DNA from: an uncultured Microthrixaceae bacterium
GTDB taxonomy: Bacteria; Actinomycetota; Acidimicrobiia; Acidimicrobiales; DATDAH01
NCBI GenBank assembly: GCA_963777805.1
Contig: CAVZRY010000012.1
Coordinates: forward strand, 112,704-176,703
Length of the DNA: 64,000 nucleotides
Direction of reading: 5' to 3'
Part shown: positions 44,013 to 55,781 of the stretch, in pieces
Position numbering within the stretch: the stretch's first letter is position 1
How the letters are laid out: the number at the start of each line of letters is the position of its first letter
Program-made: the position numbers and the translations under genes
The notes under the pieces: model-generated
The model's database searches: none
Told to the model about the DNA's origin: nothing
What the model saw: only the letters and a program-made list of their open reading frames with translations

Positions 44013-45518
44013 TCAGTCGAACAGGGCGAGGAGCTCCTGGCGGCGGACCTTCTGGGTCCCGGTCTTCGGCAGGTCGTCCACGATCACGACCCGACGGGGT
44101 GCCTTGTAGTCCGCCAGGCGCTCGGCGACCCACGCAACCAGCTCGTCGCCGGCGACCACCGCGCCGTCGACCAGGCGGACCGCGGCGACCGGGACCTCGC
44201 CCCGGGCCTCGTCGGGAGCACCCACGACACCGGCCTCGGCCACGGCGGGATGCTCCTCGATCGCGGCCTCGACCTCACGGGCGTAGACCGTGTAGCCCCC
44301 GTTGAGGATCACGTCCTTCTTGCGCCCGGCGAACACCGCCGTGCCGAGCGCGCCTCGACGGGCGAGGTCCCCGGTGCGGACCCAGCCGTCCTCGGTGACG
44401 ATGTCGCGGGTGGCCTCAGGTGAGCCCCAGTAGCCCTCGAGCAGGCCCGGTCCCCGGACCCAGAGCTCGCCCTCCTGGCCCGGTCCGACCTGTCGGCCGT
44501 CCTCACCGGTGACCTGGAACCGGTAGCCCGGCAGCGGCAGCCCGAGGGAGTCGCCGAGACCGAGGCCCAGCAACGGCGGGCTGATCTTGGTCGCGACCCC
44601 TCCCCCCAGCTCCACCATGCCGTAGCCCTCCACGAAGGCGGCCTCGCCCACGGGTCCCACGACGGGCAGGGTGACGGTGGCGCCGTAGCCCTTGAAGCGC
44701 CGAGCCAGCTCACCGGGCATGGCGTCGGCCCCCGACACCCATAGCCGCACCGAGGTGAGATCCCGCTCGGCCGCGCCCGCCTCCTCCAGCATCCGGTACA
44801 TGGCGGGCACGCCGACGAACAGCGAGGCCCGCCGCGTCTCGATGGCGTCCAGCACCGCCGGGGCCCGGAACCGGGGCAGGAACCACACCGGGATCCCAGC
44901 CGAGGCCATGCCCAGCAGGGTGATGAAGCCCATGATGTGGGCGATGGGCAGGCTGACCACGGCCTCGTCGTCCCGACCGAGACCCGGCCAGAGCGCCCCG
45001 GCGGTCAGCGAGCCGAGCAGGCCCTTGTGGGAGAGGGCCACGCCCTTGGGCTTCCCCGTGGTGCCCGAGGTGTAGAAGAGCATCGCGGTGGCCGAGGCGT
45101 CGCGGGCCAGCGAGTGACCCAGCGGCGGGGCCGGATCGAGGTCGTCCAGGTCCTCCACGACGACGGTCGCCCCCGAGTCCGCGATGACATGGTCCACCTC
45201 CTCGGGACGCATGTGCGGGTTGATCGGCACCGCGATCCCGCCCGCACGACACACGGCGAGGCATCCGAGGAACTGGTCGTAGGTGTTCTGCGTGGCCACC
45301 ACGACGCGGTCACCGCTGACGACCTGGGGGGCGAGCGACCCGGCCAGGGCGTCCACCCGGGCGGCTCCCTGGGCCTGGCTCAGGGTCGGGCCGTCGTCCT
45401 CGTCGACCAGGCGGTGGTCGTGGCGGACCGCCGCAGACTGCTCGAGGAACGACCCCATCGTTGTGCCCCGGCCCGAGGCCAGGCGGGCGCGGGCGAGTAG
45501 GGAGCCGACGAGGAACAC
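44013..45518 (-). CDS. AMP-binding acyl-CoA synthetase
   Basis: YTSGTTGKPKG, EGYGMVE, GWVRTGD, GRKKDVI, LPKTGTQK. Confidence 0.92.
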   Translation of the reverse strand: MFLVGSLLARARLASGRGTTMGSFLEQSAAVRHDHRLVDEDDGPTLSQAQGAARVDALAGSLAPQVVSGDRVVVATQNTYDQFLGCLAVCRAGGIAVPINPHMRPEEVDHVIADSGATVVVEDLDDLDPAPPLGHSLARDASATAMLFYTSGTTGKPKGVALSHKGLLGSLTAGALWPGLGRDDEAVVSLPIAHIMGFITLLGMASAGIPVWFLPRFRAPAVLDAIETRRASLFVGVPAMYRMLEEAGAAERDLTSVRLWVSGADAMPGELARRFKGYGATVTLPVVGPVGEAAFVEGYGMVELGGGVATKISPPLLGLGLGDSLGLPLPGYRFQVTGEDGRQVGPGQEGELWVRGPGLLEGYWGSPEATRDIVTEDGWVRTGDLARRGALGTAVFAGRKKDVILNGGYTVYAREVEAAIEEHPAVAEAGVVGAPDEARGEVPVAAVRLVDGAVVAGDELVAWVAERLADYKAPRRVVIVDDLPKTGTQKVRRQELLALFD

Positions 45519-45563
45519 ACAGCGACAGTACCCACCGGCCCCCCCGCCGATGCCGGTCGGGGG

Positions 45564-46049
45564 CTACTGGATGAAGCTCCCACCCGATGGATCGGGCGGC
45601 TGGAGGCTGGGATCCCCGAACTTCGGCACCGGGGCCTGCTCGGTCGGCATCGGTGTGGTGTACGGGACCGGGGCCCCGGGAGCCGTCGGGACGCCGGGCT
45701 GGGCCATGAAGGCGGCGCTGGTCGCCCCGAGGTTCGCCGAGGCGCCGAACATCGATCGCATGCCGCCCTCCATGGACTTGAACCAGCGTCCGATCCAGAC
45801 GAACAGCGCGGCCATCGGCAGGAAGGTGATGACGAAGATCCAGGCCGTCAGCTGCACGCCCTCGGAGTCGACGATGGCGTTGACCGCGGCGTCCTGGCCG
45901 AAGGTGTCGTCGGGCACCCCGGAGCGGTCGAGGATCTGTTCGGCGAACCACTCGTCCGCATCGGGGACCACCGCGATGGCCAGCGCCCCCAGCCCGATGA
46001 TCAGGAACAGGACCGCGGAGATGTACATGGACCACTTGCCGATTGCCAT
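45564..46049 (-). CDS. Hypothetical 2-TM protein with Pro-rich tail
   Basis: 161-aa ORF with two hydrophobic segments and GC3 bias. Confidence 0.7.
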   Translation of the reverse strand: MAIGKWSMYISAVLFLIIGLGALAIAVVPDADEWFAEQILDRSGVPDDTFGQDAAVNAIVDSEGVQLTAWIFVITFLPMAALFVWIGRWFKSMEGGMRSMFGASANLGATSAAFMAQPGVPTAPGAPVPYTTPMPTEQAPVPKFGDPSLQPPDPSGGSFIQ

Positions 46050-46115
46050 GGCGCCATGAGACCACGATTCGGGGGGCCGTGACGTGAGTAGCCGCTACTC
46101 AATCCGGCGGTTCGC

Positions 46116-48335
46116 TCAGCCCACCTTGTCGAGCGGGGCCCAGGCCAGCAGCAGGCGCTTCTCGCCGATGTCGGGGAAGCGGACCACGGCTTCGGTCTTG
46201 TCGCCCTGGCCCTCGATGTGGAGGATCACGCCCTCCCCCCACTTGGCGTGGCGGACGTCGTCGCCGATGCGCAGGCCCAGGCTGTCGGCCCCCGACGGCT
46301 GCGGGCCCTGCGGCGCGGTCATGGCCTGCTCCACGATGCGGTCGCGGCCCCGGCCCGGGTCCGACCGGCCCTCCCAGCGGGAGGCGCCGGCCTCCCTGCG
46401 GCTGCCGCGGCGGTTGCCCTCGATGGACTCGACCAGCTCGCCGGGGATCTCGTCGAGGAAGCGGCTGGGCGGGTTGTACTGGGTCGTGCCGTAGAGCATC
46501 CGGCTCCAGGCGTGGGTGAGGTGGAGCCGCTGCTGGGCCCGGGTGAGGCCGACGTACGCCAGCCGGCGCTCCTCCTCCAGCTCCTCGGGCTCGCCCATGG
46601 AGCGCATGTGCGGGAAGACGCCGTCCTCCATGCCCACCACGAAGACCGCCGGGTACTCGAGGCCCTTGGCCGAGTGCAGGGTCATCAGGACGACGGCGGA
46701 GTCCTCGTCGTCGAGCTGGTCGGTGTCAGAGACGAGGCCCACCTGCTCGAGGAACTCGTCGACGGACTCGAAGTCGCGGGCCACGCCCGACCAGCTCGGA
46801 CAGGTTCTCCAGGCGACCCTCGGACTCGATGCTGCGCTCGGCCTCCAGCTCGGCCGCGTAGCCGCTGCGCTCCAGCACGGCCTCGAGCAGCGCCCCGGGG
46901 CCTTGCTGGACGACGTCGGCGAGATCGTCGATGAGCTCGACGAAGGAGGCGATGCCCCGCACCGCCTTGCCGGTGACCCCGGCCTCGTCCTGGCGGCGGA
47001 GGGCGTCGATGAAGGCCAGGCCCTGGGTGTTGGCCCAGGAGTCCAGGCGGCCGATGGTGGCGTCACCGATGCCCCGACGGGGCACGTTCAGGACCCGCTT
47101 CACGCTGACCTCGTCGACGGGGTTCACCACGGCCTTGATGTAGGCCATGGCGTCCTTGACCTCGCGCCGGTCATAGAAGCGGGTGCCGCCGATGACCTGG
47201 TACGGGATGCCGACCCGCATGAGGTGCTCTTCGATCACCCGGCTCTGGGCGTTGGTCCGGTAGAAGACGGCCATGTCGCCCCACCGGTGGTTCTCCTGGT
47301 CGTGGAGGTCCTGGAGCCGGTTGGCCGACCCACTGGGCCTCGTCGGTCTCGTCGTCGGCGTGGTAGCGGAGGATCTTCTCGCCGCTGGCCCTGCTCGGAC
47401 CAGAGGTCCTTGGGCTTGCGCCCGAAGTTGTTGGCGATGACGGCGTTGGCCGCGTCGAGGATGCGCTGGGTCGAGCGGTAGTTCTGGTCGAGGACGACGA
47501 CGGTGGCGTCGGGGAAGGCCTCCTCGAACTCGAGGATGTTGCGGATGTCGGCGCCCCGGAACTTGTAGATCGACTGGTCGGAGTCGCCCACCACGCAGAC
47601 GTTGCGGTGCTCCTTGGCCAGCAGGACGATCGAGCTCGTTCTGGACCCGGTTGGTGTCCTGGTACTCGTCGACCAGGACGTGGCGGAACCGCTGCTGGTA
47701 GTCGGCCAGCACGTCGGGGTTGCGCTGGAACAGCCGCACGGCGTTGACGAGCAGGTCGTCGAAGTCCATGGCCCCGGCCCGCTGCAGGCGGACCTGGTAC
47801 TCCCGGTAGACCTCGGCGATGCGCTTCTCGGGCGGGGTGGTGACCAGGCCGAGGTACTCGTCGGGGCTGATCGAGGTCGTTCTTGGTCGCGCTGATGGCG
47901 CTGTGCACCGAGCGGGGCGTGAAGCGCTTCGGGTCGATGTTCAGGTCCCGCAGCACGTACCCGGTGAGGCGGACGGCGTCGGCCTGGTCGTAGATCGTGA
48001 AGCCGACGGGTAGTCGAGGCGATCGGCGCTCGCGGCGCAGGATGCGCACGCAGGCCGAGTGGAACGTCGATACCCACATCTTCTCGGCCACCGGCCCCAC
48101 GAGGGCCCCGACCCGGGTCTTCATCTCGGCCGCGGCCTTGTTGGTGAAGGTGATGGCCAGGAGGCTCGAAGGGCGAGACGTCCCGCTCCTCGATGAGGTA
48201 GGCGATGCGGTGGGTCAGGACCCGGGTCTTGCCCGAGCCCGCGCCGGCGATGACCAGCAGGGGCCCGTCACCGTGGACCACAGCCTCCCGCTGGGAGGGG
48301 TTCAGCCCCTCCAGGAGCTCTGCGTGCGCCGCCAC
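46116..48335 (-). CDS. pcrA: ATP-dependent DNA helicase PcrA/UvrD (frameshifted)
   Basis: [57 protein letters not shown]-terminal Tudor-like domain. Confidence 0.96.
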
Positions 48336-48373
48336 CCGCTCACCCTACCGACGGGGTGCGACGCCCCACGGAC

Positions 48374-48427
48374 CCCTTCTGGCGCCCGATTCGGTCGTCC
48401 TGGCGACCGAATCGGGCGCCAGAAGGG
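48374..48427. repeat. Stand-alone REP-like hairpin (24-bp perfect stem)
   Basis: CCCTTCTGGCGCCCGATTCGGTCG-tcctgg-CGACCGAATCGGGCGCCAGAAGGG; same ends as the hairpins in elements A and B. Confidence 0.8.
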
Positions 48428-48433
48428 ACGAGC

Positions 48434-49323
48434 ATGCGACGGCCTCACCGAGTGCAGCCGTTAGCGTCGCCGACCGTGGCTGACGGCCGGATCGCTCGCG
48501 TCCGAGCGCGGGTCACCGAAGGCGTGGAATGGGCGGCGACGACGGCGTGGCGGCCGGTCGTGATCGCCCGGGCGGTCTACGAGCGGGACCGGGACATCGG
48601 TGGCGGTCTGCTGGCGGGGGCGCTCGCCTTCCGACTGTTCGTCTGGCTGGCCGCGTTCGTCGTGGTCCTCGTCGCCGTCCTCGGCTTCATCGACGCCGCC
48701 GGGGGCAACGCGGCTGCGGCGTTGAGCGACGGGGGCATCACCGCGATCGCGGCCAGTCAGGTCAGCGAGGCGGCGTCCGACGCTCGTCAGGGACGCTGGA
48801 TCCTGCTGGTCGTCGGTCTGTACGCCCTGTTCTCCACCAGCCGCACGATGGTCCGGGCCCTGTGGACCTCCAGCCAGATCGCCGCCCGTCTGCCCGTGAC
48901 CAAGCCCCCCGTCCTCAAGGGGGTGCTGGCCTACAACGGGATCCTGTTCCTGCTCTTCGGCACCATCGCCGGAGCCGGCCGCCTCCGGGACGCCACGCCG
49001 GGGCCGGGCCTGCTCATCACCATCGCCTCCGTGGCCATCTTCGTCGCTCTGTCCTGGCAGGCGCTGCGCTGGCTCCCCGGCCCCGACCTCGCCCCTCGCG
49101 ACCTCCTGCCCGGCGCCGTCCTGCTGGCGGTCGGCCTGCACCTGATGCACCTGGTGGGCACGCTCTACCTCCCCGGCCGGATCGAGCGGGCGTCGGACAC
49201 CTACGGCACCTTCGGCACGGCCATCGTGCTGCTGCTGTGGCTCTACCTCTTCGGCCGCCTGATGATCGCGGGCGGCATGCTGAACGACACGATGCGCCAG
49301 CTGCGCGAGGACGAGCCGAATGA
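48434..49323 (+). CDS. YihY/virulence factor BrkB-family membrane protein
   Basis: GGLLAGALAFRLF, LLPGAVL, TYGTFGTAIVLLLWLYL. Confidence 0.8.
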
Positions 49324-50262
49324 GCACCGCACCATCCCGTTCCGCTTCGGCGTCCAAGCGTCGGGGCCGACGACCGCCGGCGAGTGGGCGGAGCTGGCCC
49401 GCAAGGTCGAGGGCCTCGGCTACTCGACCCTCACCTGCGCCGACCACCTCGACGAGCAGTTCGCCCCGATCCCGGCATTGACGGCCGCCGCGTCGGCCAC
49501 GACCACCCTCCGGGTCGGCGCCATGGTCCTGGCCAACGACTACCGCCACCCCGTGCTCGCGGCCAAGGAGGCGGCGACCCTGGATGTGCTGAGTGAGGGT
49601 CGCTTCGAGTTCGGGCTCGGCGCCGGGTGGATGACCACCGACTACGAGGCGGCGGGCATCGCCCTCGACCCGCCGGGGCGCCGCATCGACCGGCTCCAGG
49701 AGGCGATCACGATCGTGAAGGGCCTGTTCGCCGACGGGCCGGTCCACTTCGAGGGCGAGCACTACCGAGATCACCGGCCTCGAGGGCACCCCCAAGCCGG
49801 TCCAGCGGCCCCACCCGCCGATCGTCATCGGCGGCGGCGGGCCCCGGGTGCTGGCCTTGGCCGCGCCGCGAGGCCGACATCGTGGGCATCAACGTGAACC
49901 TGGCCGTCGGCGTGATCGACGACCGGGCCGGTCCGAACGCCACCGAGGAGGCCACCCAGGCCAAGGTCGACATCATCCGCGAGGCCGCCGGCGACCGCTT
50001 CGACGATCTCGAGCTCCAGGTCCGGGTCCACGCCGTGGTGGTCACCGACGACCGCCAGGGCATGGCCGAGCTGATGGCGCCGGCCCTCGGCATCTCCCCC
50101 GCCGCCGCCCTGGCCAGCCCCCACGCCCTGGCCGGCTCCCCCGAGGAGATCGCCGCCGACCTCCTGGCCCGGCGGGAGCGCTGGGGCATCAGCTACATCA
50201 CCGTCTCCCTCGACGCCCTCGACGCCATGGCCCCCGTCGTGGCGCGGCTGGCCGGGACGTAG
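49320..50262 (+). CDS. LLM-class, probably F420-dependent, oxidoreductase (frameshifted)
   Basis: PFRFGV, GYSTLTCADH, NDYRHP, LSEGRFEFGLGAGW, RRERWGISY. Confidence 0.88.
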
Positions 50263-50308
50263 TCGACGGGCTGGGGCCGGCGGGACGGTTCGGCTCGTCG
50301 GGCTGAGG

Positions 50309-50430
50309 GAAATGAGGCAAGGAAGGGGGCGTGGGGTCGGGCTACTGCTCGGCGGCGGCACGCCGGTCCTCTCAATCCTGAATTGCGCCGATTCGTAGCG
50401 CCAGGCGCTACAGATCGGCGCCAGATCAGG
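50309..50430. repeat. Partial composite element D: one arm plus a degenerate hairpin
   Basis: GAGGCAAGGAAGGGGGCGTGGGGTCGGG arm at 50309-50360; imperfect hairpin 50377-50430 ending ATCGGCGCCAGA. Confidence 0.65.
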
Positions 50431-51444
50431 CGCTGGTGGCTTCACCGAGCATGGCGGACAGGCGGCTCTCGGCCCGGCCGTACTTCTTGCGGTAGCCGCC
50501 GTGGCGGTAGGACGGGTCGAAGAGCTCGGACACGCCGCAGCCCGGTGGTGAGCACGGTGCGGTCGGCGTCGTAGAGCTCGTCGATGAGGCTGACCAGCAG
50601 CAGGGCGTCGCCCTGGTTGGTGACGGGGTGCAGACCTCGGACGACGACCGTCTCGACGGCCTCGACCAACGGGCCGTACTGGACGGGGTGGACGTCACGG
50701 AGGTGGGCCAGGAGGTCGTCGAAGTCGTCGACGGCGACCGTCGCCGGGTCGGCTCCGGCGACGGCCCGGTCGACCTCGGCGGGCTCGACGGTCTCGCCGG
50801 AGGACGGTCTTGGTGGCCCGGACGTCGGGGCCGTCGATGCGGACCACGTCGAAGTGCTCGGCGATGGCGGCGATCTCCCGGCGGAAGTCCTCGGCGCTGA
50901 ACCGCCCCTCCCCCAGCCGGTCGGGCAGCGAGTTCGATGTGGTCGCCACCCGCAGGGCGCCCGCCGGCCAGGACCCGACGCAGGAAGGTGACCGTCATCA
51001 AGCGTGTTGGCCACGTCGTCCAGCTCGAACTCGTCGAGGCAGATCAGGCGATGGTCGGCGAAGGCGGCGCACGGCGTCGTCCATGCCCTCGAAGCCGATG
51101 AGCGCGGTCAGCTCGGCGAAGGTCAGGTAGGCCGCCGGACCGTCGGTGGCGTGCCACAGGGCGGCGATGAGGTGGGTCTTGCCCACGCCGAAGCCACCGT
51201 CCAGGTAGAGCCCCGGCGGGCCCGAGGGCTCGGCCCGACGACGGCCGAGGAAGCCCCGTCCGCCGCCGTCGGCCGTCGGCCGTCGTGAGGGCCTCGACCC
51301 GGCCCAGGGCCTCGGCCTGGCTCGGGTGGGCCGGGTCCGGGATGAAGGTCGAGAACCGGGCGCCCGGCGAAGCGGCGGGGCGGCACGAAGCGGGCCAGGC
51401 AGCTCGTCGCCGTCGAGGCGGGGATGGAGGTCGACCAGGCGCAC
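50426..51444 (-). CDS. zapE: AFG1/ZapE-family ATPase (frameshifted)
   Basis: GLYLDGGFGVGKTHL, CLDEFELDD, TSNSLP, GEGRFSA, GGYRKKY..SRL. Confidence 0.88.
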
Positions 51445-51496
51445 GGCGCCCGTGACGGTACGGCTCCCCCGCCGGGCCGACCAACCGCCGACACCG

Positions 51497-51516
51497 AATA
51501 CCGCAAAGGCGGTCGG
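51497..51516 (+). promoter_or_regulatory. Putative Rrf2 operator AATACC-N9-GTCGG
   Basis: Lies just before the rrf2 start; matches the site upstream of tauE (53061-53080). Confidence 0.55.
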
Positions 51517-51529
51517 GCATGATGGGTCC

Positions 51530-51994
51530 GTGCAGGTGACCGCCCGGATCGACTACGCCGTGCGGGCCCTCCTCGAGCTGGCCAGCAGCGAGGCGGGCCG
51601 GGTCACCCGCGACGAGCTGGCCGACGCCCAGGACATCCCCCGGCGCTACCTCGAGAGCATCCTGCTCCAGCTCCGCCGGGAGGGCCTCGTCATCGGCCAG
51701 CGGGGCGCCACCGGCGGCTACCGGCTGGGCCGCCCCGCCGAGCAGATCACGATGGCGGACGTCTCCCGGGCCGTGGACGGGCCCCTCGCCCTGGTCCAGG
51801 GCCAGCGCCCGGAGCACATCCAGTACGACGGCACCAGCCGCCACCTCGGGGACCTCTGGATCGGCCTGCGGGCCTCGGTGCGCGCGGTGATGGAGAGCGT
51901 GACCGTGGCCGACCTCCTGGCCGGCGACCTGCCCCCGGCGGTCCAGGCCCTGGTCGACGACCCCGACGCCTGGCGCTCCGGCACCGACCGCTGA
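51530..51994 (+). CDS. Rrf2-family regulator (no Cys; CymR-like)
   Basis: VTARIDYAVRAL..IPRRYLESIL..RGATGGYRL..AVDGPL. Confidence 0.92.
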   Translation: MQVTARIDYAVRALLELASSEAGRVTRDELADAQDIPRRYLESILLQLRREGLVIGQRGATGGYRLGRPAEQITMADVSRAVDGPLALVQGQRPEHIQYDGTSRHLGDLWIGLRASVRAVMESVTVADLLAGDLPPAVQALVDDPDAWRSGTDR

Positions 51995-52002
51995 CCCCCG
52001 GC

Positions 52003-52119
52003 ATTCCGGCGGCTCCCCTGCGCGCCCCAGACGCGCACCTCAGCCGCCAGAACAGAGCGGTCCTCGTTCTGGGGGCGCCAACGAGCGCTCCAGCGCGCAC
52101 CTGAGCCGCCAGAACGAGG
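52003..52119. repeat. Tandem pair of degenerate REP-like hairpins
   Basis: Direct repeat CGCGCACCT(C/G)AGCCGCCAGAAC twice; second unit bounded by CCTCGTTCTGG/CCAGAACGAGG (52062-52119). Confidence 0.7.
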
Positions 52120-52130
52120 GGGCCGCCGGG

Positions 52131-53051
52131 TCAGGGGGTGGCCGGGGTGGCGGCGGCGGTCGTGGCGGCTTGGCGGGCGCGGTACCAGGGGACGAGGCCG
52201 GCGATCAGGCAGACCACGACGACCACGCCGTAGGCGATCCAGCGACCCGGCGCCGATGCCGGCCCAGGTGGCCAGCTCCCGCAGGTTGGTGATCATCAGC
52301 AGGCCGGCGACGGCCACGCCCAGGCCCCGGGGGGGCAGGAAGCGGATGACGTAGGCCGCCAGCGGGGCGGCCAGCACGCCGCCGATGAGCATGGCCAGGA
52401 CGATGCCGATGTCGAGGTCGGAGCCGCCCGATCGAGGCGAGGAGCGACGCCGGAGGCCACCACCGCGACGGCGACCTCGGCGGTGTTGACCGAGCCGATG
52501 GCGAACCGGGGCGGGAGGCCACGGTGCAGGAGGAACGGGGTCACCACCGGGCCCCAGGCGCCGATGAGGCCGTTGGTGACCCCACCGGCGCCGGCGGCGA
52601 CGGCGGTGCCGTGGCTGTTCCACTCGGGGATGGGCTCGGACTGGTGCTGGGCCTCGTCCGCGATCGCCGTGGCCGCGGTCACCGGTAGCGGCCGGCTGAA
52701 CCGCACGAGGATGCGGAGGGCGACCAGGAACAGCAGCGCCGCCAGGATCGGACGGATCTGGTCGGCGGGCACGTTGGTCAGCACCGTCACACCGATCAGC
52801 GCCCCGGCCATGCCGGGGATGGCCAGGCGCAGCACCAGGCCACGGTCGACGTTGCCGAAGCGCCAGTGGGAGAGGGCCGAGGCGAGGCCGGTGACGACCT
52901 TGGCCAGGTTCACGGTGGTGGACGCGGCGGCGGGTGACAGGCCGGAGCCGAGCAGGATGCTCGAGGCCGTGGGTCCGAAGCCCATGCCGAGGGCACCGTC
53001 GACGAGACAGGCGAGGAAGCCGGCCAAGCCGACCAGGAGGAGCTGGCCCAT
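52131..53051 (-). CDS. TauE/SafE-family sulfite exporter (frameshifted)
   Basis: LVDGALGMGFG, SHWRFGNVD, GAWGPVVTP, AIGSVNTAE. Confidence 0.88.
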
Positions 53052-53060
53052 CCCCGAAAA

Positions 53061-53080
53061 CCTACAGGAGTACTGGTATT
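53061..53080 (-). promoter_or_regulatory. Putative Rrf2 operator AATACC-N9-GTAGG
   Basis: AT-rich site about 10 nt upstream of the tauE ATG; same layout as 51497-51516. Confidence 0.6.
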
Positions 53081-53135
53081 AAGGCAACGGCTCCGGCTCG
53101 CCGGTCGGGCCGCTCGCACGGCGCAGGCCACCACG

Positions 53136-54212
53136 TCACCTCCGTCCGCGGTGGAAGAAGCCCGCCTCGCGGAGGTCGGCTCAACGCCGTGTAGGCGACG
53201 GCCACGATCGGCACGGCGATCAGGATCCCGATGAAGCCCCCGAGGGTGGCGCCCGGCGGCGACGGCGAGGATGATCGCCAGCGGGTGCAGGGCGACGAAC
53301 CGGCTCTGGATCACGGGCTGGAGCAGGTTGCTCTCGACCTGCTGGCACGACCACGACGACGGCGAGCATGGCCAGCGCCCGCCCGGGGCCGCCGTCGGCC
53401 AGCGCCAGCAGCACGGCGAACAGCCCGGCGATCACCGCGCCGACGAACGGGACGAAGGACAGGACGAAGGTCAGCAGCCCGATGGCCAGCGCGCTGGGCA
53501 CGCTGAGGATGGCCGCCCCGGCACCGATCAGCACGGCGTCGACGGCGGCGATGGCGGCGGTGCCGTACATGTAGCCCTGGAGCTGTTCCCAGGCGTGGCG
53601 ACCGGCCCGGTCGGCGAAGGTCTGGGTGCGCTCGTCGAACAGAGCCCAGGAACCGGCGCCACATCAGGTCGCCGTCCCGCAGGACGTAGAACAGGGCGAA
53701 GAGCATCAGGAAGGCCCCGGCCACCGCCTCGAAGGCCACCGACGCCACCCGCACCGCGCCCCGCACGCCGGCGTCCTGCAGGCCGTCGGCGGAGTCCTCG
53801 AAGCGGGCTCCGGGCGTCGGCCACGGCGTCCTCGCCGAAGCGGTCGGCGGCCAGGTCCTCGAGGTCGTCGACGCCCTCTTCGACGCGGTCGGCGATCACG
53901 TCGGACTGGTCGGTGATGGCGTAGGTGCCCAGCGCGCTCGAGGCCGGCGAGGGACAGCAGCAGCAGGACCAGGCCGAGACCGGCGGCCACGCCCTTGGGC
54001 ACCCGGTGGGCCCGGAGCCAGAGCACGACCGGACGGAGGTAGGCCGACAGGAGCACGGCCAGGAAGACGGGCAGGACGATCGGCCGCAGCACGACCAGCA
54101 CCGTGACCCCGGCGGCGACGGCCGCGGCCACCACGAGGAGGCGCCAGCTCCAGCCCGCACTCACCACGAGCCAGCGCGGCACCTGGTCCTCGCCGCCCCG
54201 TCGCACCGCCAC
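53136..54212 (-). CDS. AI-2E family transporter (frameshifted)
   Basis: WSWRLL, FYVLRDG, FVPFVGA, ESNLLQP, LHPLAIILAV. Confidence 0.85.
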
Positions 54213-54235
54213 CGGGCGAACCTACCCCTCGGCCG

Positions 54236-55781
54236 TCACTCCCACTCGATGGTGCCCGGCGGCTTGCTGGTGATGTCGTAGGCCACCCGGTTGACGCCGG
54301 CGACCTCGCCGATGATGCGCTGGGAGAAGCGCTCCAGCAGGTCGTACGGCAGCCGGGCCCAGTCCGCGGTCATGGCGTCCTCGCTGGTGACGGCCCGCAC
54401 GATGATCGGGTAGCCGTAGGTGCGCTCGTCGCCCATGACCCCGACCGAACGGATGTCGGGCAGGACGGCGAAGGCCTGCCAGATCTCCCGCTCCAGGCCG
54501 GCGGCCCGGACCTCCTCGCGCACGATGGCGTCGGCGTGCTGGAGGATGGCGACCTTCTCGGCGGTGACCTCGCCGACGATGCGCACGCCCAGGCCCGGGT
54601 CCGGGGAAGGGCTGGCGCCAGACGATCTCGTCGGGCAGGCCCAGCTCGGTGCCGAGGGCCCGGACCTCGTCCTTGAACAGGGCCCGCAGCGGCTCGACCA
54701 GCTCGAAGTCCATGTCCTCGGGCAGGCCCCCCACGTTGTGGTGGCTCTTGATCTTGGCCGCGTCCGCCGTGCCCGACTCGATGACGTCGGGGTACAGCGT
54801 CCCCTGGACCAGGAACTTGGCGTCGCTCAGGCCGCCCGCGGCGTCCTCGAAGATCCGGATGAACAGCTCGCCGATGGTCTTGCGCTTCTCCTCGGGGTCG
54901 ATGACCCCTTCGAGGCGCTCCAGGAAGCGGTCGCCGGCCCGCACGTGGATGAGCTCGATGCCCTGGTGGCGGCGGAAGGTCTCCACCACCTGCTCGCCCT
55001 CGTTCTGGCGCATCAGGCCGGTGTCGACGAAGACGCAGGTCAGCTGGGACCCGACGGCCCGGTGCACGAGCGCGGCGGCGACCGCGGAGTCGACGCCACC
55101 CGACAGGCCACAGACCAGACGGCCGTCGCCGACCTGCTCGCGGATCAGGGCCACCTGGGTCTCGATGATGGAGCTCGGGGTCCAGGTCGGCGGGGCGCCG
55201 ACGGCGTCGTAGAGGAAGTGCTCGAGCACCTCCTGGCCGTAGGCGGTGTGGACGACCTCGGGGTGGAACTGGACCCCGAAGATGCCCCGGTCCGCGTCCT
55301 CGAGGGCGGCGACGGGCACGTCCGCGGTCGTGGCGGTCACGCTGAAGCCCTCGGGGGCGACGGTGATCGAGTCGAAGTGGCTCATCCACACCTGCTGGTG
55401 GGTGGGCTGGGCCGGGCCGAAGAGCAGGCCGTCGCCCTGGACGTCGAGGTCGGTGCGGCCGTACTCGCCGCGGCCGGTGTTGGACACCTCGCCACCGAGT
55501 TGCAGGGCCACCAGTTGGGCGCCGTAGCAGATGCCCAGGATGGGGATGCCGAGGTCGTAGACGCCGGGATCGAGGCGGGGCGCGCCCTCGACGTGGACCG
55601 ACTTGGGCCCGCCGCTGAGGATCAGCCCGGCCGGCGCCCGTTCGGCGACCTCGGCCGCGGTGATCGTGTGGGGGACGATCTCGCTGTAGACGTGGGCTTC
55701 CCGGACCCGGCGGGCGATGAGCTGGGCGTACTGCGCGCCGAAGTCGACGACGAGGACGTCGTGGGTGTCCGCCTCGGGGCG
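54236..55781 (-). CDS. guaA: GMP synthase (glutamine-hydrolysing)
   Basis: [57 protein letters not shown]; start codon unclear. Confidence 0.96.

Noticed and set aside
48356-49897. YihY-LLM oxidoreductase fusion
   Set aside because: An ATGA stop/start overlap at 49320-49323 marks two coupled genes joined by indel error.
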